NCBI GenBank assembly: GCA_964106915.2
Contig: OZ066927.1
Length of the DNA: 64,000 nt
Direction: 5' to 3' (one strand)
From: Podarcis gaigeae
Taxonomy: Eukaryota
The notes beneath the pieces were generated by a model. That model saw only the letters and a list, made by a program, of their open reading frames with translations. It searched no databases and was not told the origin of the DNA. Within the stretch, counting starts at the first letter, position 1, and each line of letters begins with the position of its first letter. This document shows, one piece after another, positions 48,435 to 60,407 of the stretch. The translations under genes were made by a program, and so were the position numbers.

Positions 48435-49210
48435 ACAACAAAGAGTATTGTGGCACCTTAAAGACTAACAAATGTCTTGTGGCATAAGCTTTTGCAGTCT
48501 GAAGCCCATTTTGTCAGGTGCATGGAGTGAAATCTTAGCTGGCAGAAAATTCCAAGGTGGGAAATAAATGGCAATGAGATAAAAAAATACAGTCTGTGAT
48601 AATTAGGGCGTAGATAAAGGTTCAGTAACCACATTTGGCAAAATGTGCCACAAAAGTTTGTGCCGTAATAAATTTCTTCATTTTTGTTGTTTAGTCGTTT
48701 AGTCATGTCCGACTCTTCATGACCCCATGGACCAGAGCACGCCAGGCCCTCCTGTCTTCCACTGCCTCCTGCAGTTTGGTCAAACTCATGCTGGTAGCTT
48801 CGAAGACACTATCCAACCATCTCGTCCTCTGTCGTCCCCTTCTCCTTGCGCCCTTCATCTTTCCCAACATCAGGGTCTTTTCCAGGGAGTCTTCTCTTCC
48901 CATGAGGTGGCGAAAGTATTGGAGCCTCAGCTTCACGGTCTATCCTTCCAGTGAGCACTCAGGGCTGATTTCCTTAAGAATGGAGAGGTTTGATCTTCTT
49001 GCAGTCCATGGGACTCTCAAGAGTCTCCTCCAGCACCATAATTCAAAAGCATCAGTTCTTCGGCGATCAGCCTTCTTTATGGTCCAGCTCTCACTTCCAT
49101 ACATCACTACTGGGAAAACCATGGCTTTTTTCCTTTCTTCATTTTAAAGATGCTGCAATACCCTTTGTTGTTTCTGCTGCAAGAGACTAACCTGGCTGCC
49201 TCTCTGGAAC
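48435..49210. mobile_element. Penelope-like terminal-repeat element with inverted ends, split by the BovB insertion
   Basis: Left TTGTGGCACCTTAAAGACTAACAAA..GCATAAGCTTT; inverted degenerate copy across 48645-48684 + 49146-49210. Confidence 0.6.
48685..49133 (-). mobile_element. BovB (RTE clade) LINE 3' fragment encoding the RT C-terminus
   Basis: ORF-track peptides MVFPVVMYGSESWTIKKA..ELWCWRRLLRVPWTARRSN and KLRLQYFRHLMGREDSLEKTLMLGK..RRGRQRTRWLD lie in the same frame; 12-bp TSD TTTCTTCATTTT at 48673-48684 and 49134-49145. Confidence 0.93.
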
Positions 49211-50059
49211 ATTTGTATAATAGAGTTTTTCCCCAAAGGTTTTAGTCAACTGTCCTTTATAAATCCTAGCATCTTATGCCCACAACCTCCTCCTCTGCTT
49301 CCTGCGAATAGAATCCTGTCACCCTGTTCTGCTCATCAAGCCAGTAGACTCAAGTTGAGCTCATCCTGGCTTCAGACAAGTCCATAGTTCAACAGGACTG
49401 AACAGCTGTGGTTTCCCTTCACTCCCCCCCCCCTTACTTCCTCCTCATCCCATCTCATTCCCTACTTCTATTAAGGCTTCCCCATTACAGCAAGAAGGAA
49501 AACCCTCCTTCATAAACCCAATTAGCTGTCATTTTACTGGTAAATATTCAATTCAGGTTGTCGGCCAGATATTTTGCCCCTTGTAATGTAAACAGCATAT
49601 TGTGTTATGGAGGATCATAATAGCTCTAAATGGTATGTAGCTGAAAATAAATATAGATACAGCATGCTCCCCTTGCGGTTTGTGTTGCTTACTCTGCCCC
49701 CACCTGCCCACCCCTCGATGTGGGCTATGCCATGCATATGTTGTCTCTGATCAGAACAACATGCACACACTTTGCCCTCTTTAGAGAGGAACGTGTGGTT
49801 CTTTGAAGGCACGGTTTTAAACAGATGGGGATGTTAACTGCACCAGATTGCAAGCTCACGGAAGGTGTTGCTGCTCAAGAGAAGTGAAGCAGTATACTCT
49901 CCCCTGTGACTTCTGGCAAGCGCAAAGTGCCCACCTTCCTCAGGATTATGGCTCATAAAGTGCAGAACCTCAGGAAGTTCTCCCATGCACTTATGTGCTG
50001 CACATTCCCCTGCAAGGAGGTATATGTCAAAAACACTGGTAACTTCCTGCCCCATGATG

Positions 50060-50262
50060 GGGCAGTGATTAGATTAAGACTGGGAAGACCCAGCTTCAAA
50101 TCCCCATTCAGCCATAAAGCTAACTGGGTAACCTTGGGCCAGTCACCTCTCTGCCTAACCTACCTCACAGGGTTGTTGTGGTGGTAAAATGGAGAGTGGG
50201 GAACTATATACATTGCCTTGAATGCCTTGGAGGAAAGCCAGGATAAAAATGTAATAAATATT
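50060..50262 (+). mobile_element. Old tRNA-derived SINE (Squam3/MIR-like)
   Basis: GGTAACCTTGGGCCAGTCAC...CCTACCTCACAGGGTTGTTGTG core, (TAAA) tail. Confidence 0.65.
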
Positions 50263-50869
50263 GTTGTTTCTTTACCATCAACCTCTTCTATTAAATGAAA
50301 TCTTTTGCTGCTGCTGTAGAATGTACTTTATGCTAACAGCACCCTAGGGGCATTGAAGTACCCCAAAAGAGAGTTTATAATTGGCTTTATGTGGTATCTG
50401 GAGGTGTAGGGACGTATAGAGAACTGATATTTTAATCTTATAGATGACTGGAGGAGATCTATTTTGCTGTGTTTAATGCACAGGTGATACTTTTTTAACA
50501 GGCCATATTTATAGGTGATGTCCCAAATTACCTGTATGTGTTTTATTTTTATGGTTTGGGTGTTCAGACGTAATAATGCTGGGCTTATTTGTTAGAAATT
50601 CTGGTAAATAAAATGAATTTCCACTAGTATGGTTGGTGCAAGATTGCACATTGTTTCCTTGTATATTTTCTAAGGGATTTTCCCTATCACCAGACAGAGA
50701 ATTATGAACATTTCCATTTTCCTTTGCTGGAAATAACCATAAGGATGAAAGATACAAGAGAAGCCTGATAATGGCACAACCAGAAGCAAATGCATACACT
50801 GTTGTGGGCGTTCTATATGTCTGTGACCTTTTACTACTTTTGTGGGGGGGGGAATTTGAGTCAGGATGG

Positions 50870-50990
50870 GTAATGCGGACTGGATATTGCTGGACTACAG
50901 CTCCCATTGTCCCTGACCTTTGGCCATGCTGGCTGGGACTGATGGGAGTTGGAGTCCAGCAACATCTGGAGGGCCCAGGCTCCCCATCCC
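50870..50990. mobile_element. Palindromic MITE
   Basis: GGACTACAGCTCCCA..GATGGGAGTTGGAGTCCAGCAACATCTGGAGGGC. Confidence 0.7.
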
Positions 50991-51650
50991 TAATTTATAG
51001 GATAATGCCTCTGGCTAGCTAGGGAGGAAGGAGAGCTCTCGAAGCCAATGAGAGAAGTACAGCCATTCATCATCTCTGGCACTACTCAGCTGAGAATATT
51101 GAATGGAAAGGGCAGGCCAAGTTAACTGTGAGTGAACCCAAGATGTTTTAGGCAAAGAAGCATCTTGCAGAATGGAAGGGACCTGTGTTGATATGTGCAA
51201 AGAGCCACACAGTTGACGGAAAACCATAGTTAATAATGGTAGAATTGTCAGGGGGTCAGTTTTGTCACCCAGCTTTCAGAGATGTAACTAGCAGCATCCC
51301 CACCTATACAGTTGGCATCCTTAGCTTAAACATAAGAGCCTTAAACAGTGGCCCTTGAGCCACTTCTGACAATGTTTGGTAGCCCCTTTGCTGCAGTTCC
51401 CGAGATGCTCAGATTAAGTCTGTGGATTTTGCAGTCTTGGGAGGGACAGGCCAGCTGGTGATCTTAAATGATAATTATAACCCAAAAACTGGTGTTCAGA
51501 AAGTAGCTGAGGGAGGTTTGGGGCACAGAAGAAATTCTAAAAAGTGGAGCATAAACTGTTGTTCTCTAAGAACAGGCATATAGTTCAGACACATAATTAA
51601 AGTTTCCTTCAAAAAAAAAAAAAGAGGGGGGGCAAGATTGTGAGCAGACA

Positions 51651-52301
51651 NNNNNNNNNNNNNNNNNNNNNNNNNNNNNNNNNNNNNNNNNNNNNNNNNN
51701 NNNNNNNNNNNNNNNNNNNNNNNNNNNNNNNNNNNNNNNNNNNNNNNNNNNNNNNNNNNNNNNNNNNNNNNNNNNNNNNNNNNNNNNNNNNNNNNNNNNN
51801 NNNNNNNNNNNNNNNNNNNNNNNNNNNNNNNNNNNNNNNNNNNNNNNNNNNNNNNNNNNNNNNNNNNNNNNNNNNNNNNNNNNNNNNNNNNNNNNNNNNN
51901 NNNNNNNNNNNNNNNNNNNNNNNNNNNNNNNNNNNNNNNNNNNNNNNNNNNNNNNNNNNNNNNNNNNNNNNNNNNNNNNNNNNNNNNNNNNNNNNNNNNN
52001 NNNNNNNNNNNNNNNNNNNNNNNNNNNNNNNNNNNNNNNNNNNNNNNNNNNNNNNNNNNNNNNNNNNNNNNNNNNNNNNNNNNNNNNNNNNNNNNNNNNN
52101 NNNNNNNNNNNNNNNNNNNNNNNNNNNNNNNNNNNNNNNNNNNNNNNNNNNNNNNNNNNNNNNNNNNNNNNNNNNNNNNNNNNNNNNNNNNNNNNNNNNN
52201 NNNNNNNNNNNNNNNNNNNNNNNNNNNNNNNNNNNNNNNNNNNNNNNNNNNNNNNNNNNNNNNNNNNNNNNNNNNNNNNNNNNNNNNNNNNNNNNNNNNN
52301 N
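51651..52301. other. Assembly gap (651 N)
   Basis: Run of N; A13 and G7 homopolymers just upstream. Confidence 1.
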
Positions 52302-52456
52302 TGAGCCGCGATGTTTTTATAAGAGTTTGCTGCTGTTGATTAATCTTGCTATATTTTATTGCATTAATGATTTTTTCTTTCCACTCCACTGTAAAGATAT
52401 TGCATATAGCCTAATACTTCTCTTCTCTCTCCCCCCACTTCCCCTTTCCATCACAG

Positions 52457-52489
52457 CCCCTCCAGTTACTCCAGTGCATTGTTGATGAG
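52457..52489 (+). CDS. MAP2K5: MAP2K5 33-nt micro-exon (exon 19 eq.), PLQLLQCIVDE
   Basis: CTAAT branch-like site at 52411-52415, pyrimidine tract, cacAG acceptor, GAG|GTGAGT donor. Confidence 0.95.
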
Positions 52490-54444
52490 GTGAGTCGCCG
52501 TCTTATGTGCTTTCACTCCTAAAGTCATTCCTAATGGACTGGAAAGCTTATATTTTGTTTCCTAATGAAGCACAATGGCCCAACGTTCTCAACTGCGAGA
52601 CAAGTTGCCTTGTGCGGCTCTGAGCTGCTGAGCGCTGGCTGGCCTTGTCCTGCTTTGTGCTGTTTCCTGACTCTTCCTATTGAATCCTTGGCAAAAGGAG
52701 ACGGTTTCCAGGAAAGTCTCTTTCTTTCTCCCTCTCTCTCTTTTGGATAACAGAGACCCCCAAAGGCCCCCCATATTAATTGATCACCTCTCCACCTTGC
52801 CAGATGTGGTAATGCAAAGAAATGGAAGTTGTCGTTTTGCCTTTTAAATGAGGCAGGCTTTTGTGCAGCTCTGGGTGCGCAAAAGAGGACCTGCTAAAAG
52901 GGGTCAGGGTTGAACTGTAAACAAGAGCAGTTTTGAATGTCACCTCTCCGTTCGGTTTTACCAAAGGGAGAAAAACCAAAAACGGCAGGAGCCTTGTTGT
53001 TCATACCTCTACCTGAACCCATTTAGTCCTGATCCAGTGATTTCTCAAGAGGAGGAGAAACTCTGATGCTTACGTGAAGCTCCCCACCCACAAGGCCTGC
53101 TCAGAGTGTTTCAGCAGGTGAAATGCATGAGTTGTCCATGGCATGGCTCAGGTGGGATCCAGCTATTGAATTTAGTGGAGAATCCTCTACATGCAGGAGG
53201 ATTTATATTTACGTTGAAGCACATCTGAGCCTCTGGGTCAGGGCATCATGTATCCCCACCCCCCGACTACTAGTGCAGGCCTAAGGAAACAGTATTCCTG
53301 TTTATCTGGATGTCCAGTTGCCCAAATTTCTGCATGCCTGGCCATTTAGCTGTGGAAGGGCACAATGTGCATTTTTGTTCAAATGCTCCTGCCATTTACA
53401 TGCACCACATTTAATCTGTGTCCACCCACCACCCCACTCTTTTTTGTCACATTACTATGTTTCTCAGAAAAGAAGAAGCTGGAAAACTGCATTTTATCCC
53501 AGCCACAGGACCTTCATTTTTGCCTCTGTGCCTCATTTATCAACCTGGATTTGATTGTTTTGATTTTTAATATATTGTATGTATCCACACTGTCAACACT
53601 TAGGTGCTTGCTCTGCTAACCACCATTTTCTTTGGGAGACCTGACTTCTGATGGGATGATCATAGTTGCCAGATTTCCCCTTTCAGAGCTAACAAAATAT
53701 TCTTCCTTACGCTCTGGTGGTGGTAGTTGGTCACCCCTTAATCACTTTAGGAAGCAGCAGCGTAAGTGAAATTAACCCACAGTAGTTGAAATTCAGTCCT
53801 ACGCACAGGAGCAGAGCAGATCTAGCACACTTTTGCCTGGAATGGCAGCCCATCTGCTTAGTTCCAGGAATTAATTTCCAGAATCTTTCCCTGCTTTATC
53901 AGGGAACCGCACTTACCAGAGCAACTTCTGATGAAACAGGCTGAGCCTGGAATTGATGTGACAGAACCAGAAACTTGGGAGGAAAGGAATTGGGCTGCAT
54001 GTGGATGGAGATGGTTTCTGGGTGCCTTGAAAAGGAGCAAATCCCTTTTTGCAAATCAGGGCAAACTTACGCATATACATACTTATGTTTGCATGTCTAT
54101 GACATGCACATCTGTTGATTTCTGGACACTTGGTCACTGTGTGTTTGCATTTGTGAACTGACTTCATTGTGACTGAAGGTATACATAAGCTCTACCTGAG
54201 GTCTTATGCCTGTGTTGGCCCACTCACACATGCATGCTCTAACTTGGTTTGGCAGTCTTTGAGTTATGATCACACATGTGAACAGATGCCGTGTTGCGTA
54301 AGTGGATTGTAACTGCAACAACTTCCCCACATGTGACTTTGTGTGCACAGAAATAACACCCTTGGAAGTGTATGAAAGCCCATTATGTCCAAACTATAGG
54401 TTGAGATGGCTAAACACGGCAAATCGTATTTCAGAGCAAACCAC

Positions 54445-54580
54445 ATGCCATGTGGGAAGGTGACCTTCCCTGGTGGTGTTGATTTCCAACTCCCAGCAGC
54501 TCCAGCCAGCAGGTCAATGGTCACGGATGATGGGAGTTGTAGTCTAACAACATCTGGAGGGCCACAGGTTCCTTATCCCT
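54445..54580. mobile_element. Palindromic MITE
   Basis: CAACTCCCA..GATGGGAGTTGTAGTCTAACAACATCTGGAGGGCCAC. Confidence 0.65.
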
Positions 54581-54718
54581 AATATAGTGTCTTAAACCAC
54601 CATGCATTGTGTAGGTGATGTCTGCGTGTGATCAGGCTCCCAATGCACATATTTAGAGACAAGTGGACACTCATGTGGGCCATTCTTAAGTTATATTTTA
54701 TGTGCTCTCCCTGACTCA

Positions 54719-54832
54719 AGGGTTGTATTCAATGTTAGTCATACTCAGATCATGCCCATTGAAATTGATGGAAATGACTAACTTAATTTCAAAGGGTCTG
54801 CTCAAAGTAAGGCTAACATTAGATACAACCCT
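54719..54832. mobile_element. Hairpin-type MITE (second family)
   Basis: 26-bp inverted arms AGGGTTGTATTCAATGTTAGTCATAC / GTAAGGCTAACATTAGATACAACCCT. Confidence 0.7.
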
Positions 54833-54937
54833 CAAAGACAAATCTTGCCAAAAGTCCTGCTTCTGTTTTCAGTTTCCCTTCTCCCACACGCCACCATGAG
54901 GACTATAAGCTTAGTATAGTTGTTTGTGTTTTTTGTT

Positions 54938-54939
54938 GA

Positions 54940-54970
<31 letters not shown>
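54938..54970. repeat. (GAAA)8 microsatellite
   Basis: Read directly. Confidence 0.95.
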
Positions 54971-54971
<1 letters not shown>

Positions 54972-55837
54972 GAAGTTCCAAGGAAGCAGTGCCACCTGAT
55001 TCTGAGCTACATTCTGTGCAGAATGGTGCAATGAAAGCCATGCTGGTTTCTAGGCTCCCTGCCTTCCAATGGAGCTGATTTCCATTCCTCCTTAGGGTCC
55101 TGGCGGGTGCCCTACGGTTTCCCCTCCTACATTGGCTTAATAGCAGCCTGGTTTTGTTTTCCCTCCTTGTTTCTCTCTCCCTGCTCCCCTCCCTCGGCTC
55201 TTTTTAAGATCTAGCCCTGTTGGGGGAGAATAATAGTTCCCACTTATTGTGCTAATGTGTGTGTCTCTTTCTAAATAAGGACCTCATGAGAGAAGGTCTG
55301 TTTGCTTTCTGGTATGGTACAGCTGCTGTTGTTTTCAGTGCATTCGTGATAACGTGAGTGTTCGCTATTAGAAGTGTTTAGTGTTCTAAGACTGATGATC
55401 TCGGGCCAAATGCTCCCCTCTGTGGCAACTTCATGAGAGCAAATAAGGGCTGGCAAAGTCCTAAAATTCACAGGGTAGGTGCGGGCTGAGGGGAGCAGAG
55501 TCACTCCCCTCCCTTTCAGTCTGCAGCTGTTTCTGCATGGCAAGTTTCTTTGTGAACCCATGGATAGCAAGATACTTTCCCCAACTTAGGCTGTTACGTT
55601 CTTTACTGCACTAAAGTTATAGGCGTTTGGAGGCTGCCAAGGACTGGTAAGAGGGTGGTCTGAGGGTTGGGAATGAGGCATTTGCATAGGGGCACATCCA
55701 TTCATAGGGTCCACCTTCTGGAGTGTTTTAGAAACCCGTCATCAGACCAGTTTAGCTAGGTCAGCCTTCCCCTGTGCTGGCTGTGGCAGAGACGAGTTGT
55801 AGCTGAAAACTTTTGGAGGTCACTAGGTTGGCAAAGT

Positions 55838-56158
55838 AAGGGCCTAGGACTGATCAGAAGGTTGGCAGTTCGAATCTCCGCGACGGGGCTGTTCCTGTTG
55901 CTCGGTCACTGCTCCTGCCAACCTGGCAGTTCAAAAGCACATCAAAGTGCAAGTAGATAAATAGGTACCACTCTGGCGGGAAGGTAAACAGCATTTCCGT
56001 GCACTGCTCTGGTTTGCCAGAAGCGGCTTAGACATGCTGGCCACATGACCCGGAAGCTGTACGCCGGCTCCCTCGGCCAATAAAGCGAGATGAGCGCCAC
56101 AATCCCAGAGTCGGCCACGACTGGACCTAATGGTTAGGGGTCCCTTTACCTTTACCTT
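55838..56158 (+). mobile_element. Sauria SINE, slightly 5'-truncated
   Basis: B-box-like GTTCGAATC, body shared with the 10110 copy, (ACCTTT)n tail; 14-bp TSD TAGGTTGGCAAAGT at 55824-55837 and 56159-56172. Confidence 0.92.
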
Positions 56159-57439
56159 TAGGTTGGCAAAGTCTGTTTGATCAGAACCAGCAGCCATGCT
56201 CATCTGCACTGGTCTCTGCTGTTCCAGGATCTGGCTCTTGAGGAGGCAAGATACGCATCTTGGTAGACTTGGGAGGGCTGTTGGAGGGCTGTTTTGTGTA
56301 GCCTTGATGCTTTGCTGCTACTCCTTCTGGCAGGCATTTCAGGTTGTTTCGCAAACGATAACAATGGATAAGCTGACGAAAAAGGGATCTAGCAGAGGAA
56401 CAGCAACAAAACAGGTCTCAAGATCACTGTCTAATACTCTGGATCAGTTAAATTAGAAATAGCAATAAGCCCCCTGGCTTGTTTCTGACTAAAATCACCA
56501 CTTCAACATTTCTACGGTGTGTTTTCAACAACTGCATTAACTTTTTAAGAAACAAAGCAAGGGAGAGAGTGCCATGCAGAGTTCCATGTATGCCTCCATC
56601 TCTCGGATGTTAAATGTGTGTGTACAGAGGAGAGTCAAGTGTCAGAATGTATCTATCCATCACTGCTTCCGCTCCGGCCCAAATGTTTTCTGCTGTTCTC
56701 TTTACTGGAGCCAGAAATTGTGACCTTACCCATGTGCATGATTCAAAGGCTAGATGAGAACAAGGTAAAACTACAGGTAGGAATAGCTGAATAATTACCT
56801 TTAGGCCAACCTGAGAAACAAACCTTCCCAAGAGGCCGAACTCATTTAATGGTTCCTAAGAACTCAATCTTGCGGGTGTCAATGGTCATGCTTGATTATT
56901 TGCAGCAGTGTTTTATGAAAAAGCAATAAGGCTGCATGGGGCATTTACGGAGGGGTGGAAGCAAACAATAAATGGGCTCAGTTCTTTGAGGGAAGGTCCC
57001 TTTGGTGGACGCGGCCACTGAACGCTTTGCACATATCTCTGTGCCTTTTGCTGTTTGAAACTGCAAGAGAGGGAAGGCACACTAAAACATTTCCATCTTT
57101 ACTGCAGCAAGAATGGCGCAATGACAAGAACCAAATCCTTTGGTTGTAGAAAAGACAGCAGTTGCAGCCACTGTTAATAGATTAGCCTAGACAAGTGATT
57201 TCCAAGCCACGTTCCAGAGAGCCTCAAGTTCCCTTGGAATCTTTTTGGTGGTTCTTCCATAAGAAGTTCACTAATGGGACACAATCTTGCTGATCTTCCC
57301 CCTTCTGTGTACAGTTGGCACAGGGGCATGTTAGGTGTGCTCCCAGGGCACATGAACAACCCACACAGGGCAACAGGTGTGCCCCAACAGGCCTGGTCAG
57401 TGCCTCGCATGAACAAAATGTTTATTTTTCAATGTTTCT

Positions 57440-57635
57440 ATCCCATTAGGAAGAGCATTCTGACCATAAAAGCTGTTTGACAGTAGAACATATCACCTCA
57501 GAAGGTGGTGGAGATTTTTTAAGCAGCGGTTGGATGCCCATCTATCAGGGGTTATTTAGTTGTGATTCCTGTTTTTCAGGGGGTTGGACTAGATGACCCT
57601 TGGGGTTCCTTCCAACTTCACAATTCTATGATTCT
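57440..57635 (+). mobile_element. CR1 LINE 3' end
   Basis: ATTAGGAAGAGC..GGGTTGGACTAGATGACC..CCTTCCAAC..ATTCTATGATTCT octamer tail. Confidence 0.8.
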
Positions 57636-58876
57636 TTCACTAGGGGACCTCACACTAAAAGCATAGAAATAGACAGTCGGTACCCTGCTGAAGAATGCAA
57701 GGTCCCATAGTAGACAAGTTGTTTCAGAAAGAGCTCCTCAAAGGCAGGAAGCTTTGAAATCTACCAGAGCAGCCACTTTTCAAGCCGCAATCACAGGAAA
57801 ACTCAGCCCACAAAGACTTGTGAGGCTGCAGCCTCATATCATGTAGCTGTGGTAGTACTTTGTGGACAGTCAGCATCGCTCACTCTTCTGGAAACCAAGG
57901 GCGCTGACCTAGGATTCAGGCGCTTACTGGCAAGTTCAGGATGTGCCATTAAAGATGATTTGGGTGCTCTTGTGCAACAAACCTGCCCTCCCCAAAATTG
58001 GAGCTTTTACAGTAAGGAAAGTGAAAGTGCAGTGGAAAGTGTGGGGTAGCAACCCCTTGATGCAATGTCTTATAACCTCCTCGCAAACAAATGAGTGGAT
58101 GCTCATGAAATAGCTGACACCATCTGCAGACTTTGTGCCAGCAAATCAGGAAGAATGCTCAGTAAACAGGTTGCCTGGAGGTGACCCAAATCTTTCAGAG
58201 ATCCCCGTCCTACAATTCTTAACATTCAGCCACAAATAGAAATTGGGGGAAAGCTTCGTAAGTTCTGTCTTAGCAGCTAGTTATTCTGGAGGGCTGCTTT
58301 GAGGAGAACAGTGCCCATTTCCTCAGCATGTCTCCTTCTGCACCCCTTTCTTGCCTCTAGGAAAGGTCTTCAGGGGTTAGATTTGCCCCTGGGGGCTCAG
58401 GTGCTGATCCCTGCTGTAGTTCACAGGTGATGTGTAATTGCATTTTTTACTTGTTTCTCGATAGAGCTTGATCATTTTAATCCTGCACCTTCCTAATAAA
58501 TTTTAATGATTTGTATATTATTATATACTGGGGGTAACATGCAGCCTGTTAGTATGGAGAACTTGCTGAGCAGCTGTGTGTTTGCGTGTGATCAAAGGTG
58601 TTAAGGAAACAGATCAAAGGATGCTGGGGAATAACTCTTGGATCACAGGCACAATTGTCCCTCTCAGTCCGGGAGGCTTACCTTCTCTGGGCACCTTTTG
58701 AAGGCTCAGCTGGCCCAATCCACACCGCTAAGGGCTCTCAGGCATCCCTCCTCAAGCAGAGGGGCTGCAACCAGAACTGAAGCTGACAAACAACCTCATG
58801 TACACTTTTCATTTTTGTTGCTGCAGTTTTAGATTTATTTAACCCTGTTCTGGGTTTTTAAGTATATATCATACTT

Positions 58877-58965
58877 CCACGTTGGGCAAAAGATTCCTGC
58901 ATTGCAGGAGGTTGGACTAGATGACCCTCATGATCCCTTCCAACTCTACAATTCTGCGATTCCGT
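58877..58965 (+). mobile_element. 5'-truncated copy of the tRNA-Lys/CR1-tail SINE
   Basis: CCACGTTGGGCAAAAGATTCCTGCATTGCAGG..GGACTAGATGACC..CCCTTCCAACTCTACAATTCTGCGATTC. Confidence 0.75.
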
Positions 58966-59901
58966 GAAACACCCAGAATTCCTCCAGACATGCTGATAAC
59001 TCCCTTCTATGCATGGGGTTGTGGTTCTGCCATTTTGGCTGCCTATGTGTTGACACTCAGCCTGTGAAGTTGAGAAAAACAGAGGAAGAATTGCCAGAAA
59101 CAGAAACACCCCCGCAGGCCTTGGATATAGGAAAGTTACTCATCAGCTGTGTGTGTGTGTGATCAAAGGCATTAAGTGAAAGAATCAGAGGATTCTGGGG
59201 AATAACCTGGATCCTACTCACTGCTGCAGTATTGCAAAGGATCTTGAAGTGCCCCTAAAAATTCTGCTGCTCTGGTCAAGTAGGGGGGGGGGACGCAGAT
59301 TCCACCCCCTTTGGTCAAAGAGTTCAGCTCTGCACCTGGAGGGCTATCACTTCCACAAATTAAATACTAGGGAGTGAGTTTAAAGTTCAGCTGCCTCCCT
59401 CCCTCCCCACCCCACCCCAACACCTTGCTCAGATTTTCTGCTGCTGTGCTTTCCTTGTTATGCTTGAGCTCCTTGCTGACGAGTGCTAATAGCAAAATGC
59501 CAAGTGAGGGCCTGTTTGGGGTTTACCACATATTAAACATTCTGAACTTGTCCTTTTGCTCATAGATTGGGCATAATTAATAATTAAACAGCTTCTGTTG
59601 TAATGGGTTGACCTTCCTGAACTGTTCATTATTCACAAGGCAAAGGCATCACTCAAAACATCCCTCTCCCCCACCACACACACACATTGCCCTTCTCTGT
59701 ACTCAAAACTGGAGATATACAAAGCGCTTGGGTTGGTTTTCCTTCTCTCCCTCTTTTCTTCTACTCCCTTTCTCTCTTTTTTTAATGCTGTAACTTGGGC
59801 TGCCCCCAGGATCAGCCTCTCAAAATTGAGGCTGAGTAAAATAAGAAAGGAAGCAAACTGGTATATCATGGAGAGCTGGTGTGGGGCTTTTGGAGGACCT
59901 T

Positions 59902-60112
59902 AACATAAGAACGTAAGGAGAGCAACCCAAAGGAGGCCCATTTAGTCCAACATCCGGTTCTCACAGTGGCCAACCAGATGCCCCAGTAGGTAGCAAGCAG
60001 GACCTGAGCGAAACAGCACTCTCCCCTCCTTTGGTTTCCAGAAATATACTGCCTCTGACAGTGGAGGTAGAACATAGCCATCAAGCTTAGTAGCCATTGA
60101 TAGACAAATTCA
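59902..60112 (-). mobile_element. CR1 LINE 3' end
   Basis: (AACATAAG) tail repeats; same family as the 19830 copy. Confidence 0.7.
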
Positions 60113-60407
60113 TGGAAGTAAGGCTAATTTGTGTGATGGACTCCTCCCTTCTTATTAACCACCACTTTCGTAACTCACACTTCTGCCAAAGTCTGCAGTT
60201 CAAATCTTGCTTCGGCCTCAAGCTCTCACTGAGTTAAACCAAGCCAGTGCTCTCTCTCCTTCTCAGGGTTTGGCAAAGTGGTCTGCAGTCAGCAAACGCA
60301 GGTCTCCCCCTTGTTGCTTAGCCCAGACCAGAAAGTTAGCCTGACCTTTTACAAGGAACACCTCTGCACTGTGGGTGCAAAAAGACTTGCAGTTCCCTCC
60401 TTCGGCC

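Noticed and set aside
51496-52485. Long ORFs of 297 aa and 281 aa
   Set aside because: Artefacts of translating the N gap.
53925-53960. CTGATGA + CAGGC-TGA-GCCTG + GAAT
   Set aside because: Core spacing wrong, no A15.1-U16.1 stem III and no stem I.
59473-59506. CTGACGA followed by hairpin TGCT-AAT-AGCA (hammerhead-like)
   Set aside because: No GAAA box, stem III or NUH site; chance match.
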